DNA of 63,623 nt, filler included. It is 9 parts of 9 records of this genome, joined end to end, with 100 filler letters (N's around TTAATTAATTAA, not from the genome) between each part and the next. Parts side by side here need not be neighbours in the genome. Positions count along the whole stretch, not along the records: positions 1 to 3,448 come from SRR15195285_621; positions 3,549 to 10,198 come from SRR15195285_630; positions 10,299 to 16,302 come from SRR15195285_631; 6 more parts are not named here. One strand, written 5' to 3'. The translations under genes and the position numbers were made by a program. Below the pieces are notes generated by a model. That model was given only the letters and a program-made list of their open reading frames with translations, made no database searches and was not told the origin of the DNA. This document shows, one piece after another, positions 1-11,006 of this stretch. Within the stretch, counting starts at the first letter, position 1. The number at the start of each line of letters is the position of its first letter.

Positions 1-1
1 A

Positions 2-687
2 GGCCCTAGTCGCTGGCACCCGCCAACCTGTACAGGCAAGTTCATTGATGCGCTGAAATACGACACCGCTAGAGCAATCGGTCCTGAGGCGGCACGAGCC
101 GCAGCTGAACGGGCTGCTAGGAGTCCTCGACAATCGACCGGTGGTAGTCCATCTACCACCGGTCGACTGTCGCTTCGATCTTCCTCCCGAGTGTCGACCG
201 GTGGTAGTCAATCTGCCTCAGGTGGATCTCGTCGGTCAGGTTCGAGCCCGAGGGCTGAGACTACAAGTATGCCGCTGAACGAGCAGAAAGGGTGTGCAAA
301 GTGTGGGGAACCAATGCGTGCATCACAGGAGACGACATGGGCACGCCATGGGCCAAAAGTTGGGCTCCACTACCACAAACGATGTCGCGATATTCCCTGG
401 CCCGATCCAGCACAAGTCGCCCTCTACACAGGCATTCCAGAGTGTTCTTCGGTCAGGAAACCACCGGTCAAGCTCAGGATTTCGAAGTGCAATGTCTGCG
501 GCCAAGGTAAGCGGGCACGGCTAGTGTAGCTGCCATTCGATGCGCAAGCACCACCTACCCTCCCGCGACCGTCTGCACACTTCAACTCGATCTTGTCTTA
601 CGCGCGCTACCCAAACGGATGTGCTCAGGTCCCAGTCGATGGCATGCGGGGAGTTGCAACGGCAAGTTTGTTACCCAGCCACGATAG
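2..687 (+). CDS. 5'-truncated protein with repeated C-x2-C-x7-H-x3-C putative zinc finger; exons <2..506, 629..687
   Basis: Frame is open from position 2 (GPSRWHPPTCTGKF...). Removing intron 507-628 (GTAAGC...CTCAG) gives KCNVCGQGPSRWHAGSCNGKFVTQPR*, which repeats the first motif. Confidence 0.7.
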
Positions 688-880
688 GGTAATGATGCTG
701 ACGCAGCTTCCACGGGTCATCATTGATGATATTCAATTCATCATCGTTTTCATTGGTGCTTGAAACACAGCTGCAGCGCGTTTGTCATTGCTTGTAGTTG
801 CGAACTTCCTGCTTCCACTGCTGCAGTGGCGCTGCTCTACCACACACCGCACTTAGTGAGCTTTTGTGTATCTTCTGAAC

Positions 881-3191
881 TCATGAGGCATTGTCAGCTT
901 TCTGAAACACGATCGAGTACAGCTCTGCGTCTTGCAGCACAATGCGTACCCGAAGCCCACCGTTCGCTACCGCCCGAAATGCTGGTGCCACGTCAGTTTC
1001 CAGTCGCACACTGCCAGGTGGAGGCATTTCGCTTGGGTCGTTCTCTTCGTCGCAGCTAAAGTTGAAACCTGGTGGCGGCGAAAACGATGCCCTCCACATG
1101 ACCGTTGCCCTCACATCATTACCAACAATCGGCAACGATACGTTGTAACCATGTATTGGCGACCCATTGCCACCATGTATCAGCTCGACAAATACACGGC
1201 CAGAAACACTGGTCTCTACATTGAGTGCCAGTTCGATAGATCCAGTTTCTGCAAGCGCCTCTGGCGGCAATACAATCGGGCGTGTGAGGAGCGTCCCACT
1301 GGTTGCTTGCCCATGCTTGGTGTCAAAGGTAGTAGACACAGAGACGAAGCCTTCACGCCGCCACTTCAATCGGCCAAGCCCACGTTTTGCGTGTGGAAAT
1401 TGCTGCCCTAGATGATAAGCTTCGAAGCCATGCGTCAGTTGACCCCCAAAGTAGTACTGTGTCGCATGGGTAGGCTCTGCAGGAATGTGGACTATCCCGG
1501 TTCCCATGACTACCATCCCGGCATCCCACTCTGCACTGCCTTGATCAACAATCCCTGTCAGTGGACTGCGGCGCCCTATTCCTCGTGGCACCGTCGGTAC
1601 AGTGCTAAGCGCCTCAAACAGCGCAGGTTCTCCTGCTTGCATTCGGGAGAACGCCATACGGACATCCAATACTGCATCGTTCGTCGTGCGGCAAGAGTCG
1701 TACGGACTCGGAAACTGGGGCGAGTCTGGCTGTGCAAGGTGTAATGTGGCTGACGGAAAGATCAGCGTCACACCATGTACATCAACTGCGCTTGGATTGT
1801 AAAAATCAACGCACCCAGGGTCGCGACCGACCTCGTTAAAGAACACCGCCGTGGGTTCACTGCGACATCGGCAAGATTGCGTCAGTGTCGTAGCGCAACT
1901 CTAGACTTACTGTAGCACTCCCTATGGCAATCGGTATGCACATTTGTGTACTGCTGAACACGTACCTGCCAGAGAAATCTCTGTCCGAAAAAGGTATGCT
2001 GTCGTTCGTGGCCTGCGGGCCGCCTTCTAGCAACACACCCACTCTCCTGAAGTTGCTTCCTGAGTTGCAAACAGCCCCCGGACTGCCAGCGTCGATCCGT
2101 CCGAAAGCAACATACCGACCAAGCCGCGGTACCCAGAGCAGGCACGTGTTCGTATCGGCAAACTCAGCGGTCGGGACCATCGCACCGTCAGATGTGGACG
2201 CCATCAGGAGCCGCTCCCAGTGCACTCCGTCTGGCGAGGATGCGACCAGCAGCTGTCGAGGCGTGAACGGAGAGGTGTCTGTGTCGTACGTCATCTTGAA
2301 GCGCTGACTTGCAGGAACCCCAGGACGAGTGTCATGGATTACACTGTTAGCCCAACCAGTCCCAGCATGCCCTCCGTTAGTGCCACCTCCGCCGGGCAAG
2401 AGCTCATACGGCGTGGCCCACACGATGTTGTTGTTCGTGTTGTTTCCGTATGTATACAAACTGAGGTTCAACGGTTTTGAAAATGAGATGCCGTCCGAGC
2501 TGATTGCCACGCACAAGAACGTCACGCTTGCGTTGGCTGGGCCTGTGCACCCATAGTAGAGCTGATAGCGCATGGAAGACACCTGCACTACACTGGTATA
2601 AAAGCCAATCCACGCCTCCCACGGGTATTTGGGCGTAAGCACGATTCCCATCTTCTGCGGCTGGTGCGCGAGGCGTCGTAGCCCCGAGGATAAGTTGGCA
2701 ACAATACCACGTGTATCCAACACCAGCTCTGGCTCACCCATCTCCACAGTCCAAGAGGCGTTCGGACGGATTTGTGGTGGGGCTGGTTGGTCGACGAATC
2801 CAGAGGTGCAGCCGAGCTCCGCCGTGCTCGCGCTGCGATTCACCGCGCTGGTGCCGAACAGATGGCACTGACCAACGAGAGAAGGCTTGGTGCTGGACGC
2901 TTGGATCCAAACCCACGCCCGGCACGGGCCAGTGCCAGGCCAGGCAGTACCATTTGGTCCTACGGACGCACAAGCCTCGCAGCAGCCACTGGCTGAGGGA
3001 TACGCCTGGGGGGCACCTTCAGGCGCGTTCAATCGCACATCGCTGTGAAAACACATCCCAGGCTTCTGCCGGCCGCGGCATTGATCCCGCCGCAGCAGGG
3101 CGCCAGCGGACAACGCTGGACTGGTACGACTGGCCACGCAACCCAGTAGCGACCCAGCAGCCCAACAGTAGACGAGCAACGCTACCGACAT
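881..3191 (-). CDS. Secreted putative glycoside hydrolase (beta-propeller GH32/GH43-like plus C-terminal beta domain) with N-terminal PAN/apple-like module; exons 3191..1966, 1859..881
   Basis: Hydrophobic N-terminus MSVALLVYCW; CCEAC...CRAWVW module; Asp-box-like SSDGISF and SPDGVHW. Intron 1965-1860 (GTACGT, CACTGAC branch, GCAG) joins the two ORFs in frame. The C-terminal GFVS..GTLLTRP..LNV..VEL..LYS pattern resembles bacterial propeller hydrolases. Confidence 0.7.
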
Positions 3192-3448
3192 CGCACTGTT
3201 CCCGGGCGGCCCGCGCAACAGATAGACCCGCCATGCATCGCACTCACGAGCCAGCGCGCGCATACGCAGGACCCGCGGCCGCGATGTTCGATTGATAATG
3301 TGCACGTCCCGACCGGGTATGCAGTGCCCAGATTGAAATGGCTGAAATTGAGTGGCAAGTGGCACAAAAAATGCTCGCGTGACGCAGCTGCATTCTGAAA
3401 GCTGGTGGCTAATTCGGTCGATGAGTCGGACTCGCGTCAAAAATTCCG

Positions 3449-3548
3449 NNNNNNNNNNNNNNNNNNNNNNNNNNNNNNNNNNNNNNNNNNNNTTAATTAA
3501 TTAANNNNNNNNNNNNNNNNNNNNNNNNNNNNNNNNNNNNNNNNNNNN
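3449..3548. other. Artificial contig linker 1
   Basis: 44 N + TTAATTAATTAA + 44 N. Confidence 0.98.
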
Positions 3549-4088
3549 AGGGAAAATAGATCAGGGAAAATAGATCAGAAGATCAGGGAGGATGGAAATC
3601 AAGCGCCGGAATTGATTAATCTATAGTACTACACTGGGTCGAGTGGGTGCAGATTGCGATCGCCCAGCCATCCAGGTGGGAGGGGACTGCCCACCACCTC
3701 TGCAAAGAAAACTCGTACAACAATGGTCCAGATCATGGCCTTCCGTCCGCTCCCGATCAGTCGAATAGCCCGTCGCGTCCGATGGATCATCGAAGAAGTC
3801 CGCTCCCGGTCGAATACACGCATGCTGCAATGATCAAAAAATGTCTACACTGAATTGGTAGTGTCTACCGTACTGTGTGTACACACAGCGACGCGATCCG
3901 AAATACCAGTTTATACAGACGTGAATCGACAAAAGAGTCTCGATAAATACTACGAGTTTCGCAGCGGGGCTGGTTGAATGGGAAGTTGTGTTTGGAGCCA
4001 CGCCGAACACGCCTGTGCGTGGGGCCCGTTGTTCGCGGCACCACCAGTAACGGCTCGGTAACGGCTCGGCTCGGGAAACGAGGTGGCG

Positions 4089-4932
4089 ATGGCGAACCCG
4101 GTGGTGTTCATGGATATTACGATCGGAGGAGCAGCTGCAGGGCGGCTGACGTTTGAGGTGAGTGGTGGCGGCTGCAGCCCAGCAGCGCTGGAGCCTGTGC
4201 GGCGCGGTGCAGCGGAGGCACCGGCGTGTGACGGCTCTCCCTGGCTGTCTGTCCCTAGCTCTGGCTACTGGAGTGTGCCTGTCTCAGTATCTGCCTCCAT
4301 CGTTATGCAGCGCTCTGTCTCTGCCTGCCTGCCTGCCTGTCTGTCGCTGTCTGTTTCCATTTCTGTTTTCTGTTCTCTGGCGAGCTTTGTACGTCTCTCT
4401 CGGCATGGCGCACCCGTCGATACCACTCGCACGCGGCCACCCAGTTTCCTGATGTCGCTCGCCACGTGCGCAGCTATATGCCGACGTCGTGCCGAAGACG
4501 GCCGAGAACTTCCGCGCGCTGTGCACCGGTGAGAAGGGCATGGGGCGCCAGGGCAAGCCGCTACACTTCAAGGGCTCCAGCTTCCACCGGGTGATCACCC
4601 AGTTCATGTGCCAGGGTGGCGATTTCACCAAGGGCAACGGCACGGGCGGAGAGTCCATCTACGGCGAGAAGTTCGCCGACGAGTCCTTCGCCGGCAAAGC
4701 TGGCAAGCACACCGGGTTCGGTTGCCTGTCCATGGCCAATGCCGGCCCGAACACGAATGGCTCGCAATTCTTCTGCTGTGTCGCGGACACCCCGTGGCTG
4801 GATGGCAAGCATGTTGTTTTTGGCTCGCTAAAGGATGGCGCCGACTGCCTCAAGGCGATGGAATCCATGGGGTCACAGTCCGGGCAGACGAAGAAGCCGA
4901 TCGTCATCGCTGACTGTGGGCAGCTGGCTTGA
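4089..4932 (+). CDS. Cyclophilin-type peptidyl-prolyl cis-trans isomerase, 175 aa; exons 4089..4157, 4474..4932
   Basis: [14 protein letters not shown]...[62 protein letters not shown]. Intron GTGAGT...GCAG, 316 nt. Confidence 0.97.
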
Positions 4933-5128
4933 GCGCTACCACACTGCATGTGGCTGTACAACACGACGAGACCTGCGGCTGCACAGCATCTGTGTGCGGT
5001 GTGCGGCGTGTTTGCGTGTCGGCATGGTTTTTTGAACGAGTGCTTTATACACACTACCTGACGCTGCATCTACCTGCCCGCGTCCCCCCCTCCCCGCGGC
5101 TTCTGTCTACCTGCTGGTGCGCGCGCTA

Positions 5129-8100
5129 TTACTGGTGGTCCGCCTTTGGAAATCTACAGACATGGCAGCCAAACGCATGTCGGTCAGAGGGAGGCGTAGG
5201 TGAGCACGGTTGGAAAGCTATCGAGGCAATCGGCCGAGGTTGACGCACCCGCATTTGCATAGTCCGAACGTCGCCGCGGCCATGTCCAGTCGGTAGTTGT
5301 CGCATGGGCCTGCAGACGCCGCCGACGTACTACCTGCATCGCCGCCAAGCACACCGGCCCCGGATTCACCACCTGAAGCAGCACCGTCACCAAACTTGAT
5401 CTGTCGCAGCTCTTCGACCAGCGGTAGAACCATGCTGCCAATCCCGAAGTAGTCCACTTCGCTTAGCAACGCCTCAGCGTCGTCGACTGCTGTCGGCCAT
5501 GAGACCTGTCCGTCACGGATGAAATCCATGATATATTTGAATTGGTTGGGGTCGCGATGCCAGACGTAGTTGCCGTCCTGATCTTTCGAGGATGCATTCG
5601 ATGGGTCCGAGAAAAACTCTCCGAGCAAACCTTCCACTCGCTTCATTTTCATCCAGTTGCCAGCGAAGACATCCTCTTTTAGCTTTCCGTCAGAAAATTC
5701 GGTCGCCTGCAGATCTGTTTCGCTCGCGGACGGATCGACCAGCTTAATGGATATCCACATCTCGAATCCGCCACCACCCCCTCCGCCTGTGAAAAGCTTC
5801 TTCTGACCAAGTGGTTTGTCCCCAGTATACTTCGCAACTAGGGCATCCATTTGCTTCGTGAACTCATCCTTCGCGCCTCCCATTTGGTTGACGATGGCCT
5901 TGAATTTTACTCCGGTCTCTCCCGAGATCAGGCGGAACAGCCGCTGGACTTTTTCTGCCGATGCCTTGCCCTCGGCGCGGGTGATGAGAAACTTCTTGCG
6001 CTCCGCGGAAGCCCGGATCAAGGACTGCAAAGCGCGCGCCGCACTGGCCTCACGTTTGGCGCCGAAGAGTTCCTCGGTCTCCTTCTTGGTCACGATCATT
6101 CGGCAGAGACGCTGCAGGAGCAGCGCTGCTGCATCCTCCTTCTTTTTAGCCTGCGCTTCCTCGTAGTTCTTACGCTCCAGGTGAGCGCGGCAGGCTGCTT
6201 GAAGCACGATCGCTGCCTTCTTCTTGCGCGTCTCGACTGTCTTCTTGAGGTAATCCTTGCGCACCGGCCACATGCGGCACGTGCGGGCGATGGTGCGTGC
6301 GGCAACCTTGCCTTTGATCTTGAAGTAGTTCCTGCGTAGGGTGCGGATGTAGACCAGCATGAGGTCAGCGGCCTTGTACCACATGTGCATTGCATGCACG
6401 CTGCGGAAGAGATCGCCCGCCTTCTTGAATGCGACGGCCTTGGCAACGCCCATGCGCCACTTCCGGCGGATCACCCAGCGTTTGACGCGAGCCGTGAGTT
6501 GCTCGTGTTGCTCCGGAGTGATGTTGTCGAGCTCATCGAGCATGGCTACTTTGCCAGCGCGGAAGAAGATCTTGGTTTGGCCGACCTGGTAGTTGGCCTT
6601 CGGGAGACCGTAAGCCCAAACAAGCGCGTTGGTGAAGTCCTTCGGACTCAAGCCGATGTCCATGATTGCCTTGGGCATCTTGGGGGCGAAGCGTTCCTGC
6701 AACTCCCCGTAGCCGATCCGCGTTGGATAGCCAGCCTTGAGCAGGTCGCACAGAGACAGCAAACCTTGGTCGCGCAGCTGCATGATTACGTAGTCTGGCT
6801 GATAGAATCCAGGCTTCATGGGCGCGTTCGTCTTGATGGCGCGGATGAAGTGCACCTTCGTCGAGTCAATCTTTTCGGTCAGCTTGTTGATAGACTTCAT
6901 GAACGCCTTGCCGAGGCCTTGGAACTTCTTGCGCACCTTCTGGCCGGACGCAGTCGTTGTGGTGAATGTGCCGAACCGGCCAGACGCCCACAGCGATTTG
7001 ACGAGATCGGCCTCACAGTTGTTGCGGCATAGATCGGTGATGTCTGCTGAGATCGTGTCCTTGTTCTTATCGAGCCAGCCGTCGGTGCAGTATGTAACAG
7101 GGCCGGCGTAGTGTTTGATAATGAAGTGGTTGCGGGCTTCACGCGGGTTCGTCCTCGGAAAGGCTTGGTTCTTCTTCGTATCCCACTCCTGGTGCAGCAT
7201 GTCAGCGAGCTTGTCGTCTGTCGCGCGGGGCAGTCGGCAAGTCGCATCGAGAACATCGAAGACACCGGTGCCTTTGCCAGCGATCACGGTCAGTGCGTCA
7301 TCATTGTTCGGGCAGACAATGCCGAGCCACTGAATCTGTTCCTCCTCGTACAGCCGAAGCTCGTCGTTGAAGATGTGCTGGTTAAACGTCGCCTGCAGCT
7401 TCTCATTCGTGAAGTTGATGCAGAACTGCTCAAAAGAATTTTTCTGGAAGCTCTCGAATCCAAAAATGTCGAGGACACCGATAGCGCTGTCTGACGAGCC
7501 ACCGCCCAGGCACGTGTTGACGTTTTGAACAAGATCATCGAACACACGGCCGTACATGTTGCGCGCAAGCGCGTCACGGGAGTTCTCGGCTGCCGCAGCG
7601 GGCAACGGCGTGTGGATTTTCTCGCCGGCAATTTCCTTACTCTCGTGCGTCAGTGCCTTCTCGAGGTCAGCGGTCGTGCAGCCGAACAGCTTGGCACAGG
7701 CCTCCAGTGGAGCAGGGTCGGTAACCTTGGCCTCGTCGCCCTCAAACTGAACGTTGCCGAGCCACAGGATCGCGGCAAGCGTATCGTAAACGGACTGCGC
7801 ATAAGAGTCATCCTCCTGAACTGCAGCCAAAGCCTTGAGGACCTCCGAAATGCCGTTTTCGCCGTCTTTGTCGTCAACCATGTCAGACCCATAGACACCG
7901 CTCTGGTTGATGTAGTGGTAACTCTCCTTCGGGGCAAGAGCCCACGCCGATTTGTCGAGCGTGGAGTCTTCGAACAGGTGGTAGAAGCAGTGATACTGCG
8001 CATCGGCACGGCCGCACCCAGTCAGGCTCGCACAGCCGCAGCAGCACGCGCGCGAAGGACAGTGGATTGGTACGCACGTTGCGCTCGCCAGCGCCCTGGA

Positions 8101-9230
8101 ACACGACGCGCGACTTCTCCAGCAGGTAAGTCTCCACAGTCGCACCACAGAGGGAGTTGCCGTCCTCGAACTCGAGCTGGGTGAACTTGCCGAAGCGCGA
8201 CGAGTTCCAGTTGCGCGTAGTCTTACCGTTGCCGAAGGCCTCAAGGATCGGGTTGGCAGCCAAGATTCGCGCAGGGAGGTCTTCCTCTCCCTCCATCATC
8301 GGGGAGACCGTGGTGATGTAGTTCATGACGATCTTCGCCGACTCCGTCTTGCCAGCGCCACTCTCTCCGCTGATGATGATCGACTGGCTCTGCTCGCCGT
8401 TCGACTTGGTGAGGTCTTGGTACGCGCCATCCGCGATCGCGTAGTTGTGCGGGGGGTTCGCGTCCAGCCGCTTTCCCACGTAGTCCTTCGGGTCGGGCAT
8501 CTGAATCCGCTTGAACGGGTTGCAGACGACAAGGACGCGGCCGATGTACGACATGATCTTGTCCTCGAGGTAGCGGACCTCCAGGTTCTCGGACACGCCA
8601 GGCTCGTGCAAGTAATACAGCGACGTCATGTCATCGTAGCTGCGCCGCGCGCGGGTGGGTTCGTCAGTTGTTTTCGTAGGGGAGCAGGCAGTTGCCGCGC
8701 GCGCGTGTGCACGGAGCTGCTTGCGCACTTGGTCTTCGGGTTGACCGTGTACAGCTCCTTGACCTTCTTCAGGTCGACGGTGACGATGCCTTTGCCGTCG
8801 TTGAGCTTGACGTTGATCTTGGACTGGCCTGCACCCAGCACACGCCGTCCACGGCCCCACACGGTGAGAGCAAGAACACAGGGCGCGCCCACGCAGCTCA
8901 CCTCTCGCTCTTCTCTCTCTCTCTCACTCTCTCTTGCGCACGCTTTGTCGCTCCACGCTCACCCCTCCGCTGTCCCTCACTACCCATGGCCTCCGTCTCT
9001 TCCCTGCTCTCTCTCCGTGCCCGCCAACCCCGCCCGTCTCGCACAGCGTTGGACCCTCCCACCGCAACAACCCTCGGGCCCGTGCACTCACCTTCCACCC
9101 CCACGACCTTCCCCTTCGCCCACACCTGCTCCTTCTCCACCAGCTTCGCGTCCTGCACGTGCACCTCCGCCCCCATCTCCCAGCCCGCCTCATCGCCAGC
9201 CATCGGGACCCCTTCAGGCAGCGTGCTCAT
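5129..9230 (-). CDS. Myosin heavy chain, myosin-VI-like, 1190 aa: SH3-like, motor, insert-2-like, IQ repeats, BTB/POZ, C-terminal Cys/His motif; exons 9230..9092, 8828..8729, 8639..8078, 7995..5249, 5153..5129
   Basis: GESGAGKT P-loop, NSSRFGK switch I, DIFGFE switch II, EQFCINFTNEKLQ, TKIFFRAG. Four GT-AG introns give one 3573-nt frame. Confidence 0.93.
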
Positions 9231-10198
9231 AAACTGGCCCCAACCACCCAAGAGCCCAACGCGCCACGGGTACCGCCTAGATAGTACGGAATTCGTGGGC
9301 CTACCGTAGTTCTGCGCCGAATGACGAATCGGGGCACATCGTGCACCGGGGACAAACCACGGGACTTTTTGTCCTGGGAAGCAGTTTATTATGCCGAACA
9401 GTGTGTTGTTGATACATGTGTGATGACTCCTCACTGAGAATTAGTCCGGAGCGTCCGATGCAGCAAGGGTTGGAAATTAGTGGTGGCCGAAACACCAGTG
9501 AGGGCTCGGGTTCACGGGGCTGTATATCCACTTTATCGTTTATGTATGATGCTGCACCATTGAACCTGTAGAATCGAAAAATGTTTGGGCACACGCCGAC
9601 GAGCCAACGATTCGGACTAAACATACGGTAATCCGGGGTGGATACGTAGCTCGGGAGAACTCACTGAGCAATCCGGCGCGCCCGTCTGAGCATCGAGGAG
9701 TGCTGTGTTTGCCGCGCATTAGTAGGAAAATTTGGGGTGTTCGGATGTTCGCACAACAGCTGCGGACGAGGGATTGATCTCCGCGGTCTTCCCGCATTCT
9801 CGCTCGGGTCGCTGACTTACAAACTCGACTTTTCAGAGTGGAAATCAGGGAGTCTGACGAGCGGGGTCGGCATGACAGGAATTTCAGTACAGTTGCGCGC
9901 AAGAACAGGGAGCGACTCGAGGTGCTCATCGAAGAGCCGTTCACCCGTGGTTCACCGGTGATTGATGAATTGTTCCCGTCCAACCCAGTGAGGTGACCTG
10001 ATTTTGGATGAAGAAAGCAAGGTTAAAGGGTTACTGTTAATACGACTTCTTTAGGCGAACTGCTTGCGTACTCTTCAATGATACCCCGCAGAATTGGATC
10101 CGGGTGTGTCCGCGAGACACACGGATCGTCAGGAGGTGGCCTCCGCTTGGTGTGGAGCACATACCAGTATGTAGAACTCACTGATAAATGCAGCAGAC

Positions 10199-10298
10199 NN
10201 NNNNNNNNNNNNNNNNNNNNNNNNNNNNNNNNNNNNNNNNNNTTAATTAATTAANNNNNNNNNNNNNNNNNNNNNNNNNNNNNNNNNNNNNNNNNNNN
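10199..10298. other. Artificial contig linker 2
   Basis: N44-TTAATTAATTAA-N44. Confidence 0.98.
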
Positions 10299-10520
10299 AC
10301 GCCCCGTCCGTCTTAGAAAATCAATCGCGCGGGAGGGGAAAATCCACTTGGCCACCGTCTGAGCAGCTGCGTCGCCCACGTCGACGACATCCTCGACCTC
10401 ATCCTCCTCCTCGCTCAGCGTGTCGTCCTCGCCCTGCTCGCCGAGCGCGAAGAACGCAAGCGGTGGATCTTCTGCCTCGCCGCCATCCAAGCGTGGTCGC
10501 TTGTTGGGGGCCTGCGCCAT
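10299..10520 (-). CDS. Hypothetical protein, 3'-truncated at contig end
   Basis: ATG at 10520; MAQAPNKRPRL (NLS-like) followed by an acidic tract; runs into the gap. Confidence 0.55.
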
Positions 10521-11006
10521 CTACATGCGCCGCACCGCCACCGTCCTGAGAGCCCTCTGAGAGGGCTCTGAGAGCCCGATCCGAGCACCCTCGGGCTCGC
10601 CCCCCAGGGCAGCTTTCCACACGCTACCGCCACGCTCTGCCCGGTCCAGGCACCCAACCGAAACGGCTGAGCGCGCCAGAACCGCGCTAGCTACCCGTAA
10701 CCCAGCCGTTACCCGCTCCTGGGAGAAAGCCGCTCCTGGGAGCTCTATTTTTCTCCCAGGAGTGGCTTTTTGAGTCACCCGGTCCTGGGAGTTTACTCGA
10801 TTTTGCCAATCGGCACTCTCTAACTTACAGACACCTCGGCGCTTGTGGATTCACAAGCATCTGGTGGGCCGGGCCGTTCGCGATGACGATAACAACGACG
10901 CCCCTGTGACCAGCACGCTGCCCTCCCTCCCAGCGCTTCTCAACCCCTTGGGCCTTGGCGGCAGGCAGGTAGGCAGGCAGCAGGTACTGGCGGTCTGGTG
11001 CGGCAG

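Noticed and set aside
3549-3590. AGGGAAAATAGATC repeats as telomere
   Set aside because: Only two full copies plus fragments, and not a telomeric unit.
8417-9309. Long antisense ORFs over the myosin and other genes
   Set aside because: These are shadow frames expected from GC3-rich coding sequence and show no motifs.
9300-10198. ORFs or a transposon upstream of the myosin
   Set aside because: No recognisable motifs, terminal repeats or coding bias.
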